Shown in pieces: positions 1-12,753 of a stretch of 64,000 nt of DNA. How positions within the stretch are numbered: the stretch's first letter is position 1; every line of letters starts with the position of its first letter. Location of the stretch: positions 98,022,001-98,086,000 of the forward strand of contig NC_043002.1 in assembly GCF_006345805.1 (NCBI RefSeq), given 5' to 3'. Below the pieces are notes generated by a model that was not told the origin of the DNA, made no database searches, and worked only from the letters and a program-made list of their open reading frames with translations. This DNA is from Octopus sinensis (Eukaryota). The translations under genes and the position numbers were made by a program.

Positions 1-271
1 GTATATATGCATATATTTATATTATATATATATATGTATGTAGTTATACCTACATATACATATATGTATGTACGTATGTATATATGCATGTGCATACATA
101 CACATACATATATATATGTATATGTATGCCCATATGTGTGTAAGTTTAAGGGCGTGCGGACGAATATTATTGTGCATATACATATACATATATATACATG
201 TGCATGTGTATACATATATATATATAGGTATGTTTATATGAAGAAATATATAACCAGGTGCCTATCTATCT

Positions 272-366
<95 letters not shown>

Positions 367-368
367 AT

Positions 369-410
<42 letters not shown>
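1..410. repeat. Compound microsatellite (TA)n/(TATG)n/(TCTA)n
   Basis: Direct reading; it explains ORF 7..411 (YIYI/LSIY). Confidence 0.95.
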
Positions 411-411
<1 letters not shown>

Positions 412-774
412 CTTCAAATCATTTCCTCTCTGTTCATCACAGTTTATAGTGCTAGCAAATTAAATTAATGCATCTTTCAACGCCAACATCCGTTGCCAGA
501 TGTTCACATAAAACATGTTCACCATGTTGGCATTCAAAACAAAACAAATAGACCAACTAGCGGCCTGTATGTTTTATTATGATTTATAAAAGATATGCAG
601 GCCCCACAATATTCTTTTTGAATCTGTCCGAGAGAAAAAAAAACAGACCAGGTGCCCAATACCAATGCATATAACAGACTGGATTTCGTAAATATATCCT
701 AGTAGTTTGAGCGGATTTTAACTAGGACATGGATTAAGTTAAATAATCAAGAAAAGAAATGTTCCTTCTAAGAG

Positions 775-1022
775 CAGTGGCTATGAACCGGGGTCCATAT
801 GAACATCGTGGGGTTCATATAACATTTTTTTGAAAATTTATGAGAAATAAAATTGTTTATACTTCTATAATGCACAAAATATTTCGACCATTTTTATACA
901 ATTCTACATAATATTCAGTTATAAAAATATAGGATTTTATTTAAATATCGAATGGCTTTGGAGGTCCAATAGAGTAAAATAGGAATCAATAGGCAAAAAA
1001 AAAAAATAGTTGAGGATTGTTG
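775..1022. mobile_element. Degenerate hAT-like MITE
   Basis: Begins CAGTGG..AACCGGGGTCC and ends AGTTGAGGATTGTTG, resembling the ends of the cleaner hAT MITE at 53605; TSD decayed. Confidence 0.35.
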
Positions 1023-1223
1023 TTCTTAGAGGTTGCTACCAAATTCCATTCACAAGTTTATCGACATTCGGAAACTACGGTAAAAGTTACATTTTACCAA
1101 ATATCTGTGTGGTAGTGTTGAACAGGGAATCACCCAAATTTAACTTCTTAACCAAGCAGCCTACAGCTGAATGGTTGCAGTAATACACTAAATTCATAAT
1201 AAGTTTATAAATGAAATTTTAGA

Positions 1224-1480
1224 GATGTACTCGCACAGCAAGTGACCTGATCTGAGATCGTGTGCTGGAACGAAAACAATTGCAGCGTGGAAGGTGTTTA
1301 TAAGCTATTTAAGAAACACACAAAATTCCGTGCTGCACGGAATTTTGTCAGTGAACAGGTCGCGGTCTCAAAGCGACGAAAATATTTTGGCAAATTAAAT
1401 TTAAATGTTGAAGTGAATCTAACGGTTTTTGTGTGTTTCTTAAATGGCTTATAAACACCTTCCACACTGCGAAAGAAATT
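1224..1480. mobile_element. Foldback (inverted-repeat) element, Penelope-like pLTR derivative
   Basis: 44-bp arms 1282-1325 and 1427-1470 are near-perfect reverse complements; central hairpin CAAAATTCCGTGC-T-GCACGGAATTTTG; contains a hammerhead-like motif. Confidence 0.65.
1344..1394 (+). ncRNA. Minimal type I hammerhead-like motif with variant core GUGAACA (G3/C8)
   Basis: Stem I TTTGTCA/TGGCAAA (one G-U); core GTGAACA 1351-1357; stem II GTCGC/GCGAC; GAAA; palindromic stem III AATATT; predicted cleavage after U1387. Confidence 0.5.
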
Positions 1481-1679
1481 TTGTTTTAAATTATTAATCG
1501 TATGATCACACACCTACTGTCGGGTTTTGAGCACGTTTTTGATCTCGTTGCTGTTGTATTATTCAAATATATTATATTAGCAAAATTTCTGAATCCCACC
1601 TCATTTTCTGTTGGTTGGGTCTGTAGAAAGGGAGTGTGCATATGGGCCTCGCAGACCTTCCTAAACTGGTGAGATCGAC

Positions 1680-1840
1680 GAAGTAAAGTTTCCTTTTGAA
1701 TATCTCCAAGATGACGATAACAGGAAGCAAATGTACAGAGTAAGAATTCCAGTGGAACTATGTTCTGGAAAGAAAGAAATGAGAATAGTTGTTAGAATGG
1801 GGTCTGAAAAGGAGATGACACAATATGGATGACGAAAGAC
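1680..1840 (-). mobile_element. Decayed LINE ORF2 C-terminus (CR1/L2/Jockey-like)
   Basis: Minus strand reads FFLSRT*FHWNSYSVHLLPVIVILEIFKRK, resembling the FFxRTxxxWNxLP...LxxFK motif at the end of these ORF2s. Confidence 0.4.
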
Positions 1841-2869
1841 TTCGGTTCAGATAGGGAGAAACGACAAAAGTGTACTGGTAAGTGTTAAGTCCCCACCGTT
1901 TCCTGTATTAAATTCTTATGGAAACAGAAGAGGATTACAAAGCAGAACAACGGTTTTGATGTTGTTAGTGTTGTTGTTTCGGCCAGGCCTGCTCTGAACG
2001 TACAGACTTAACATCAAAAGTTTTCACGCTATAAGGAGCTCGGTTTCCCCAGATATTGTGTGACTCACGAAACATATATTATTGAGTGTTTAAACTGAAT
2101 GTATCAATACATTGAATTTAATGTATCAAAACGTTAGGGTATGGCTTGAAGGGGATAAAATTTGATTACTATTTCTAGTAGGTTGAGTGACTACACACAG
2201 GCTACCATGTTGGCTTTGGGGGTGGGGGTTGCTGTTATGGTTTCATTGATTAGATAAGACTATGAATAATTCTGATCTGATCTGGAACTGGTAACCTTGT
2301 TACAACAGTCCCATCATTGTTACATAGATTTCGACAATGAGAGCTGTGACGAGGATTTATCTTAATGATGTAATAAATCAAGCAATGTAAGGAGCGAAAA
2401 TGCATTTTATCTAGTCAATTACGCTCTTAATGAAAAAGAAAAGCTTTAATGATAATTATTATCAAAGAAGAGCCATTTGTCAAAAATATCTTGTAACAGA
2501 AAAAGTCCGCCTTGTCTGGTGTAAGGTGGAATGTATCAAGGACTATATTATCCTGAATACTTTTATTTCTTCCGCTTTTATGCCGACAGGACATTATTTG
2601 AGGGTCGTTTGGCTGATATTTCTGGCAAGTTATATGACTGTGCTCATAGCTTGCCTTTGTTGTTGTTCTGTTAGTGATTATTTATGAGACAAAATAGAGC
2701 ATCGGACTTGATGTGTCACAACCTTTAGTTCTGTCTACTTACGTTCTGAGATCCCTAATCTACTGGTATTAGGTCAATTCGATCGATTACACTTCTCACT
2801 GGTAAGCTTGAACTTGTGACACAGTTAGAAATCAATGATGGCTTCTCTTTTAGCAACAAAGTCAATAAT

Positions 2870-3051
2870 TTTAAGGAGAGAGACTAGTCAGTAGCATCAA
2901 CCCCCAGCACATGACTGATACCTTATTTGATTGACTCCGAAAGGAAAGAAGCAAAGTTGACCAAGGTGGGATTTGAACTCAGAATGCAAAGAGTCCGAAG
3001 AAATAACGGAATTTTTTTCCCGATACTAACGATTCTGCCAGCTCGCCGCCC
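2870..3051 (-). mobile_element. SINE family A (tRNA head plus Meta-domain-like core), degenerate
   Basis: Reverse complement of GGCGGCGAGCTGGCAGAATCGTTAG...CTGAGTTCAAAT. Confidence 0.8.
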
Positions 3052-3084
3052 TTATTATTATACGCAATAAAATTAGAAACTAAG

Positions 3085-3560
3085 ATGGCGAGCCGGTAGA
3101 ATCGTTTGCACGCCGGGCAAAATGCTTCGCGGCATTTCGTCCGTCGTTATCTTCTGAATTCAAATTCCGCCGACTTTGCCTTTTACCCTTTCGGGGCCGA
3201 TAAAATAAGTATCAGTTAAACACTGGGGTCGATGTAATCGACTTACTTCCTTCCCCCAAAATGCTGACTTCGTGCCAAAATTTGAAACCAATTAAATTAG
3301 AAACTGATCTGCTATAACTGAGTGGTAGACTCCTGACAAACAGAATTCACAACCCGTTTTTTATTTTCAGTTGAAAGCGTTGCACTTCACCCGAGTTACG
3401 AGTTCTGAGTTCAAATTCCGCCGAGGTTGACTTTGCCTTTCCTCCTTTCGTGGTCGATAAATTAACTACCAGTTGAGCACAGGACTCGATGATGCAATCG
3501 GCTATTCCCCTCCCCCAAATTTCAGGCCTTGTGCCTATAATAGAAAGGATTATTATTATT

Positions 3561-3592
<32 letters not shown>

Positions 3593-4075
3593 AATCATTA
3601 TATTAAGGCGGCGCGCTGGCAGAATCATTAGCACACTGCATGAAATGTTTAGCGGTATTTCGCCCGTCGCTCCGTTTTGAGATCAAATTCCGCCGAGCTC
3701 GACTTTGTCCTTCATCCTTTCGGGGTCGATAAATTAAATACCAGTTGAATGCTGGGGTCGATGTAATCGACTAGTCTCCGCTCCCAAAATTGTTGCCCTT
3801 GTGGTAATCTTCTTCTTCATATTATTTTTATTTATTTTTTTTTTTTTAATATTAAGGCGGTGAGATGGCAGAATCGTTACCACGCCAGGCGAAATGCCTA
3901 GCAGTATTTCGTTTGCCGCTATATTCTGAGTTCAAATTCCGCTGAGGTCGACTTTACTCTTCATCATTTCTGAGTCGATAAATTAAGTACCAGTTGAATG
4001 CTGGAGTCGTTGTGACCGACTGTCCCCCTCCCCACAAAATCCAAGCCTTGTGCTTTTAGTATAAAGGATTATTAT
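3085..4075 (+). mobile_element. Cluster of 4 head-to-tail SINE-A copies (about 3085-3290, 3395-3550, 3606-3805, 3855-4070)
   Basis: Each has B-box GAGTTCAAATTCC (or close variant) and core GTCGACTTTGCCTTTCATCCTTTCGGGGTCGATAAA; several are separated by (TTA)n tails. Confidence 0.9.
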
Positions 4076-4439
4076 TATTGTTATTATTAATATTTGTAAT
4101 TAAGACTGGATTATCTATTATTCATTTTGTTTTTTTTTTGTTTTTAAATAATGGTATAAAAAAGAAGTGATGTATATTTAGCAGCTCTTTCTAAGAGGCT
4201 CCTGGTAGTAAAAATACATGTTTACATTTCTGTAAATGAATTTTCCTAACAACTATACCATCACAGCAAAACTATACAAGATATAAATTCTCCAAATGAA
4301 ACAAGATAACGAGATTTTAATTTAAATTCTTACATCTCTGTTGAAGTTCAAACCGGATATTTTGAATTTCTTTCAACACTGTAAACTCCCTAAATTGAAA
4401 ATCTGTATATTTCTGGTTTTCTTTCTCTCTTCACCTATT

Positions 4440-4504
4440 CGTCTGTCTGTCTGTCTCTCTTCCTCTCTGTCTCTCTCTCTCCTATATATATACATATACA
4501 TACA

Positions 4505-4555
<51 letters not shown>

Positions 4556-4710
4556 GTATACGGGGGGGGTGTTTATGCCTGTTTGTATATGTACGTGTGA
4601 GCATGTATTTATATATATATACATACATAAATCTACATAGAGACATATATATGCATTCATATATATTTATACAAATATGCACACAGACATATATATATAT
4701 GTTTATGTGC

Positions 4711-4754
<44 letters not shown>

Positions 4755-4797
4755 GTGTGTATATATGTATATATACGTGTGTGTGTTTGTGTGTATG
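4440..4797. repeat. Compound (CT)/(CA)/(TA) microsatellite
   Basis: Direct reading. Confidence 0.9.
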
Positions 4798-5241
4798 CTT
4801 AAGCGTTTACCAAACTGTATTAACCCTGGTATACATTTCCCCACTACATAACTTGCATTCTACCAAGGAAGACTTAAGCAAAATAAGAACATGCTCTAAC
4901 CCATGTAAGTAAACTAAATCAAAAGGATAGTCACAATGAGCAGAGAAATTAGCGAGAATTGAAACGCATGATACATAACCAGGGAAATTACTTCGTTAGC
5001 AGCCAATTGGATATCAATGCGATTTCGTCGCCGAAGCAATAAAGATATATTTGTAACTCTGGAAATATAGAAACGTAAATGTCTGTCCTCAGAATGTTAA
5101 TCACATACTTATAAATGTAAACACTAACACATATCACGAAAATAAACCATTTGCAAAAGCTAATAATTAAAAAAAAAATTAGCAGATATATGTGAAATAC
5201 TAATAAAGAAATTAGTATTACATATATAAAAATATATTAAT

Positions 5242-5462
5242 ACCTATTTCTTTACTATCCACAAGGGACTAAACACAGAAAGGACAAACAAGGACAGACA
5301 AACAGATTAAGTCGATTATATCGACCCCAGTGCATAACTGGTACCTAATTTATCGACCCCGAAAGGATGAAAGGCAAAGTCGACCTCGACAGAACATTAA
5401 TCTGGAAGAACTGCCGTTACGCATTCTGTCCGGGGCGGTAATCATTCTACTAACTCACGGCC
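5242..5462 (-). mobile_element. SINE-A (tail type GTTTGTCTGTCCTTG...AAAGAAATA)
   Basis: Reverse complement of the copy at 12937-13168. Confidence 0.85.
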
Positions 5463-5467
5463 TTTGT

Positions 5468-5504
<37 letters not shown>

Positions 5505-5529
5505 TAATAATAATAATAATAATAATAAT

Positions 5530-5948
5530 CTGTCAAGACCTACCAAAAACTGAGCAAATATAAAGATCTTGAAATAGAAATCAGCAAAATGTGGAAGCTG
5601 AAGACTAAAACAATAACTGTTGTCATAGGTGCCCTGGGAATGATAGCGAAAGGGACTGATTGCTACCTAACTCAGATACCAGGAAACCCCAAAATGGCAG
5701 AAATTCAAACGATAGTGCTCATGGGAACTACTCATATCCTACGCAAAATACTCTCTATGTAATCCCAAGGTTTAAAACAAACTTTTTTTTTTATGTATTA
5801 GACATTCACTAGGACAACACCAAAAAAAAAATATATATATGGCACACTAGGCATAACAACAACGTGAACTTCCAACCTGTTGTCTCTTGAGGTCTCTGGG
5901 TGAGACTTGGAGCCAACTTGTACAGTCATAAAGCAAAAGTCAAACATA

Positions 5949-5950
<2 letters not shown>
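5530..5950 (+). mobile_element. 5'-truncated R4/Dong-like non-LTR retrotransposon 3' end inside (AAT)n
   Basis: Reads QKLSKYKDLEIEISKMWKLKTKTITVVIGALGMIAKG...IQTIVLMGTTHILRKILSM*, the C-terminus of a restriction-like endonuclease (RLE) domain; (AAT)n on both sides. Confidence 0.85.
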
Positions 5951-5983
<33 letters not shown>

Positions 5984-6009
5984 TAATAATAATAATAATA
6001 ATGATAATA

Positions 6010-6782
6010 CCGTATATACTCGAGTGACAGTCGATCACGTGTAAAAGTTGACCTCCTATTTTGGGCCCAAAAATTGCTAATTTTCCATAGAAACTGTATA
6101 AAATTTGAACCTAATATGTCACGAACAACAGGCCAACATTTGTGGGTCAAGGTACCGTATTATCCTGTACGTAGAAATAACTCTTCGCAAAACTGTGTGG
6201 CAACCTTAGCTACTCTATAAGTGGAATGATTGGTGCTTATAATGGAATGTTCGTTTCTTATAGTAAAACACCATTTAATAGCTAGCATTACAGATCTGTT
6301 GAAGGGTGCTACATCATCTTCACTAAAATGTATGCACAGGATATACTGCAGGCCTGCATGCATCTTCAAGCACAATAAACACATGCGTCATACACTCGTT
6401 GTTTACATGGTGAGAAACGCGTTTCACAGGCAGCACTATTGGCGATCACTGGCAAACACCCAAGTCTGAATTCGTGCAAAAGCGTGACTTTGATAAAGCC
6501 TTAAAACATTCAATTAATCACTAGTGATTCCCAAGCAACCTTTATACTTTACTAGGACGTGTGTTTTTAAGCATAGAATTGGTAATATTACTGTAATTCA
6601 GTGTGTGTTCGTGTGTGTTTTATTCGCTTAGAAATCAATTCGGCTTCTGCTGCTGATACAGTACTTTGGATTCTAGCTTGAATTTCAGCCCCTCAAAAGT
6701 AGTATCCATGTAATAGTCGACCCCATAAATTTAACCACAAAAAAAGGTCTAAAAAATTCGAGTTTTACACGAGTATATACGA
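6010..6782. mobile_element. Non-autonomous pogo/Tc2-like DNA transposon
   Basis: TA|CCGTATATACTCG at left and CGAGTATATACG at right (inverted), with subterminal GTCGA motifs. Confidence 0.65.
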
Positions 6783-6784
6783 CC

Positions 6785-6892
6785 AAGAAGAAGAAGAAGA
6801 AGAAGAAGAAGAAGAAGAAGAAGAAGAAGAAGAAGAAGAAAGAAGAAGAAGAAGAAGAAGAAGAAGAAGAAGAAGAAGAAGAAGAAGAAGAA
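6785..6892. repeat. (GAA)n microsatellite
   Basis: Direct reading. Confidence 0.98.
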
Positions 6893-8494
6893 TCATAACA
6901 AACATTCTTTACAGGTAAAAGACGAGATTTTAATGCATAGATTAGATGATCAACGCTCAGTCACAGATCATATTGCGACAGGAACAAATTTCCTCTGCCT
7001 AGCTAACCTTAGAAAAGGCCGAATACTGGTAGAACTGGCTCTCGCGAAGGAAGACACGGCCTAAAAGTGTAAATGATCGTCGTTAGGCAGGGACAGGGAC
7101 AGAAAAGGGAGAAAATCCAAAGCGAATCCATTATTATAGCATTCAGTCAAATCGCAAGGGTAATGTTTATATGACTCAGAGGTACATTCTTAACTATTTT
7201 TCAACTAAACTCACCACCACTATTTGCAGTACTTTGCATTAAGTTCAAGATTCTTATTTGCAAGACTGAAATAAATCCAGGCTTCCTTAACATATCGTTG
7301 TGTAAATCTAGAGTGTAATTAAATTACTTGATTAATCTGTTATTGCATTAAAATCTTGTCTAACCACCTGTTTTATAAGATTAATAGTCACATGTATCAA
7401 AAACACACACCTGCTCACTATACTTCTATATCTTATAATCTGCACAGCAAATGCGTTATATTCCAGATATCACAAATAGGTGTGCTGCTATCTGCACAAA
7501 ACATCACTGTAGTGTTGAATTTTTAATTCACTAGATTTATTACGAATTTTAATTACTAATCTCAACTGACGCGTCCAAATAATTAATTTTATTTACTTCC
7601 AAATAACTATTTGGAATAAATCTATGTAGAAAATTCTTGAAAAACAAAGGAAGAAAAAGCTATTGGGAACGAATACATAATATACACCTGCAAGACCCAA
7701 TGAGTTACCTGACTACAACTGCCTATATATTAATAACTTTACTATGAAAACCAAATTTACAAGCCTGCCAACGGTGGGCTACAATTACCTACCAATGGAA
7801 TAGTACTAACCAGTTTAAAATGCATGGAGAGAGAGAGAGAGGGGGGGACTGCATTAACACAAGGATTGTATACACATTTCAGCAAAGCAATTGGATTTTT
7901 GTGAAGTGATGTGCATTGCTCAAAGACACATTGCAATATCCGGTCCAGGAATGGAAACCTCAACCTTGGCATCGTGAGTCCAACACACAAACCACTAGGC
8001 CATGCGCCTTCAAACACACACACACACACACACACATACACACACAAACATGTACGTCTAATTGATTTTGTTGTTTTTCCTGTTTGTATTTTTGATTTGC
8101 CTATGTATGTGCGTGTGTGTGTGCGTGTGTGTGTTTGCAAAGCCAGCGGCATTTCCTACATTAATCCGACACAACAAATGTATGCATATCCCTGATATAC
8201 AAATGAATCTGAATAAGAAACCAGATTTTCTCTAAATCTTAACATTTTATAAGCGATAGATAAAAACAGCATCTATACTAAATGCACCCTACTCTGATCA
8301 TATCACACTGATTATATTTTTACATGTGTTGGTTTAATTACCAGGTATCGCTTCTGTATCATATGTGTGTATCTGTGTGCGTGTGTACAATATATTTAAC
8401 ACGCACACGTTACACACACACACACACATATATATGTGTATAAAATATTAATGTATATAACATAGTTATAGATGGCTCTGTATATATGTGTAAA

Positions 8495-8587
8495 GGCGCA
8501 TGGCTCAGTGGCTTAACTGTCGGGCTCACAATTAGGAGGTAGTGTGTTCGATTCCTGCTCTTGTCTTGAGCAAGACACTTTATTTCC
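8495..8587 (+). mobile_element. SINE-D tRNA-like head fragment
   Basis: GGCGCATGGCTCAGTGG...GTTCGATTCC...CTTGAGCAAGACACTTTATTTC matches the head of the 53230-53553 element. Confidence 0.65.
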
Positions 8588-8614
8588 TAATAACAATAAT
8601 AATAATTATTATTA

Positions 8615-8828
8615 AGGCGGTGAGCTGGCAGAATCGTAAGCACGCCGGACGAAATGATTAGCGGTATTTCGTCTGCCGCTACGTTCTGAGTTCAAATTCC
8701 ACAGAGGTCGACTTTGCTTTCAATCCTTTCGGTGTCGATAAATTAAGTACCACTCAAGTCCTGGGGTCGAAATAATTGACTAGTCCTCTTCCCACTAAAT
8801 GCAAGCCTTGTGTCTATAGTAGAAAGAA
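8615..8828 (+). mobile_element. SINE-A
   Basis: Full head, core and GCCTTGTG..TAGTAGAAAG tail. Confidence 0.9.
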
Positions 8829-8857
8829 TAACAATAATTATTATTATTATTATTATT

Positions 8858-10795
8858 CAGTAGTCTTTTTATCACGTGCTTTCACTGCACTACGAGCACA
8901 ACTCTGTGTGCCTTGGGATGTGCTGTGGTTTGTTGTGGTACTCTTATTTTGGTGTATTAAAAGTGGTTTACGTAGGTTGTGTGTGGTGCCTAGTGGTGCT
9001 ATTTTCTGTATGCCATATATACTTCTACGTCCTGGTGTTTTTGTTATGTATTTGCCTGAATGTTTTTTTTATCATGCTTAATGCGCCTACAATAATTGCT
9101 TCTGTTTTTTAGGCTCCACTTTCGAGTTACATCTATTTTCAGATCTTTATATGTTGGTATTGATATGTTGATTAGAAAGCCTTTTTGTTTCTTGGTGATC
9201 TCTGACAACTACATCCGGCATATTAATTTTAATTTCTCTATCTGTGTGTATTGGCATATCCCAAAGTATGGTTGCGTTCTCATTTTCTGTGACCTTTTCT
9301 GGTGTGTGCCTATACCATCTTTTTTCTGTTGTTATTCCATAGTGTTGGCATAGCTTCCAGTGTATATCAGTCCCAACTCTGTCATGTCTGTGAATATATT
9401 CCTTATTAGCCAGGACTGGGCAGCTAGAGACAATATGATTTGTTTCTTCTCCATCACCACATATTCTGCAGTTACTTGTATTTCTTTTCTTTACGTGTTA
9501 TTGATGATTTATGGTGGGAAGGTTTTGATCTTTTTGGTACAATGAAAAGTGCTTCTGTTCCTGCTTTGAATCCTGAGTTTCTCAGCCAGTGTTTTACTTT
9601 GTCTATTTCTTATCTGTTTAGCTTAAACCGATATTTGCTTTTCTTGTCATTGTTTTATCTTGGTACATTGCTGTTCCAGTTTTAGTTTGGATTTCGGTTG
9701 TTTTACAGCTTTTATTGTTTCTTCTTTTTCCTCATAGTTTTTGGGTACTATGACTTCTTGTTGGTATTTGTGAACTTCCTTAAAGACAGAAAACAGTTTT
9801 TTGATTTGGTCGTGTTTTGTAGCTATTTGTATTAGTTTTCCTTGATTCTGAAGTAGGTGTTGATACCTATTATCTTGTTTTTCGCATTGAGCTCTGTTTT
9901 CAGTTTTAATCTAAGTCGACTATAGTATTTCTTTCTTATATTTCTTTTTCATTTGTGTGTGTTGTATCGTATCTAGTTCATTGATTCTCAAATATTTGTC
10001 TGTCTGGCTTTGGTCTTATTTCATTTGCTTTATCTCGTGTGATGTTAGTTTTCCACTTTTCTAGGCTTTTTTGCACATTTTTACTAAGCCTAATTTCATG
10101 TTTATTTCTTTGGTAAATCCATGTACTGTCTGTAGTAATGTTTCCAGCTGTTTATCATTTGTAGCATGAGATGGTTGATTGTTATACCGTAACAGTTGTC
10201 TGCACATCCAGCTCTGCTTAGCATAGAAAAAGTTATCAGTGCCAAGCAGAAAAAGTGTGGAAAGTGAGTCTTCCTGGAATATTCCTCTTCTAATGAGGAT
10301 GCCTTTGGTTTTAATGAGTCCCTCTTTTGTCTGGAGCTGTAGCAATGTTTGCCATTTATTCACGGAATTTTTTTATATATATTTATGATTATTGGTACTA
10401 CACTGTTCATGGCTTGTGTTTCTAGGATTCATGTGTGGGGTAAACTATCAAAATCCTTTCGATAATCGAGGCAAGCCATACTTAGACCCCTCTTCTTTTT
10501 GCAGCTGTCTTGAGTTATGGCTTTATTGATCGGTATTTGATCTTTACAGCCGTATGAACTTTTGCAGCATCCCTTCTGCTCTTCTGGAAACAGTTTATTT
10601 TCTTCCAAGTATTAGTCCATTCTCTGCGATATTATTGTACTAAATGCTTTGTAAATTGTTAGGAGACAAGTTATCAGTTTGTAATTTTGTGGATTTGCCG
10701 TTTCAATGGATTTGGGAGTTAGGATAGATTTCCCTTCGGTGAGCCATTCAGGCAATGTCTCTGGCTCTGCTAGTATTTCATTAAATTTCTCATCA
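8858..10795 (-). mobile_element. Decayed R4/Dong-like LINE (RT to 3' end) with (AAT)n tail
   Basis: RT segments PEWLTEGKSILTPK..NYKLITCL and IRRGIFQEDSLS; C-terminus IQKIAPLGTTHNLRK; many stops and frameshifts; ends in TAA repeats. Confidence 0.9.
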
Positions 10796-10975
10796 ACATG
10801 AAGTGGGTTCCACAAGATTAATTTGAATGCTTCCAGCGCAGAGAGACGCACGTAATGACCAGAGAGCCGCAGCTGTCTTTGTCTGATTTCGCTAACTTTA
10901 GGCTGGTTTCCATAAAGGCATTTATTTGTCATATGTTGCCGCCATTTCATATTTAGGGCCATTCGTAGCATCTTA
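10796..10975 (-). mobile_element. RTE-clade LINE ORF C-terminal fragment
   Basis: MLRMALNMKWRQHMTNKCLYGNQPKVSEIRQRQLRLSGHYVR...KLILWNPLH is typical of the RTE post-RT region. Confidence 0.8.
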
Positions 10976-11909
10976 GATGTAAAGTATATTATATTAGAAG
11001 CCTAATTATAATTAGACTAGCTGTGAAAGTAGGCCGAGGCCGAGTCCTACAGTCAGCATCAGATACAACGATTCCAACAGAATTAATTGTATTTACTGCC
11101 GCTATATCAATTAGATTAAAGTTAATTTCTCTGGATATTTGTTTCAACTGGAGAACATAAATACATACATACACACATACATGCATACATGCATTCACAC
11201 ATTACATATGGACATAGGAATTCAGTAAGCGTAGACTACCAGAGACACATATGAACACACACATACACACACACACTTACACACACATGAGAAAGAGGGA
11301 GATAGAGTGGGAGTATATGTATGTGTGTTTCTATGTATGTATGTATGTATGTGTGTGTGTGTGTATGCGTGCATGTATGCATGTATGCTTGTATGTATTT
11401 GTGTGTGTGTGTGTATGCGTGCATGTATGCATGTTTGCTTGTATGTATTTGTGTGTGTGTGAGTGTATGTGTTAAACACGTAACTGCACCGAAAAGAGGA
11501 CAAAATTTAATCGACGCCATGTAAATATAAACCGACATCACAAACGTAAAAGCGTTTCTCTCCCTCTCGACTCGTTTTGTTTATAGTTGACTTCATATTT
11601 CTCTGGGAATAGAATCGGAACAGCAAATTGCAGTTTTATTCAACTTCTTGTTGCTGATATTGATGTTGTTATTGTCTTCGTTGTTTTTGTTGTCCTACAG
11701 CTCTGTTTTAGCGCCTATCGATCAGACCTTTGGTCAAAACATCCACCAATAACCATCCCGTCTTTTTCTCTTCCTTCTTAGAGAACCACATTAACTGAAG
11801 TACTTTGTACTTGAAAAGGCAGGGCGTCACTCGAAGGAAATTTGGCTGTTATATGTAGCAGAGTGATTGACCACGTGCAACTTTATTTCTGGTTTCTGTT
11901 TCATATATA

Positions 11910-12050
11910 ACTTCTTCTTCATATATAACTTCTTTTTCTTCTTCTTCTCTTCTTCTTCTTCTTCATCTTCTTCTTCTTCTTCTTCTTCTTCTTCTTCTTC
12001 TTCTTCTTCTTCTTCTTCTTCTTCTTCTTCTTCTTCTTCTTCTTCTTCTT
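11910..12050. repeat. (TTC)n microsatellite
   Basis: Direct reading. Confidence 0.98.
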
Positions 12051-12146
12051 GGTAAGTGTCTTCTACTATAACCTCGAGCCGACCAAAGCCTTGTGAGTGG
12101 ATTTAGTAGACAAAACTGAGAGAAGCCCGTCGTATATATGTATATA

Positions 12147-12718
12147 TCTATTATATAAAATCCGTTCTATCTGTCTGTGTGTGTGTCTTCTAGGATCTCG
12201 GGCACCCTCCATCCGACTGCACTCAAATTTGATACGTAGATACCGACGGTATCAAGGCGTGTATAAGTCTTGAAAAAATTAAAATCGATTCGAGGTGAGA
12301 ATGCGACGAATAAGGCGGTGGGAATGTGCACTTGTACGCGCAAGTACATCAGCTGTTGCGATCGATATTACGCGTACACGAGAAAAATGCACGTTGCTTT
12401 TGTACTGCTTAAAGGCATGTTTCTTTCCTGCCAAGCTTACTATTTAAACTATGTTTGTGTTCTCCCTGTCAACAACAGCCTTATCATTACTGGTACTTTA
12501 AACTCTTCGGTTGCATATTTGTGTGAATAAAATCGTTTTTCTTTGGAAAAGAAAAAAGTCTATCTTTATTTCTTCTTTTGCTGGTGTTTCAAATTTAGGT
12601 TAAATCAGTGTTTCTCAAAGGGGTGGCCTATGGGACGGTCGGACAAGTTGTTTTGAGAAAATTTGGTTTAAATGTTTGACAACTCAGCACCGTCCATTGG
12701 ACGGGGGCGTTTTGCTCG
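12147..12718 (+). mobile_element. Non-autonomous Helitron-like element
   Basis: 5' TCTATTATATAAA..TGTCTGTG; 3' hairpin CCGTCCA-T-TGGACGG (12690-12704) followed by CTCG (CTAG variant); sits between A12146 and T12719 with no TSD. Confidence 0.7.
12606..12665. mobile_element. 60-bp internally deleted hAT-like MITE
   Basis: CAGTGTTTCTCAAA...TTTGAGAAAATTTG; 8-bp flanks GGTTAAAT/GTTTAAAT. Confidence 0.55.
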
Positions 12719-12753
<35 letters not shown>

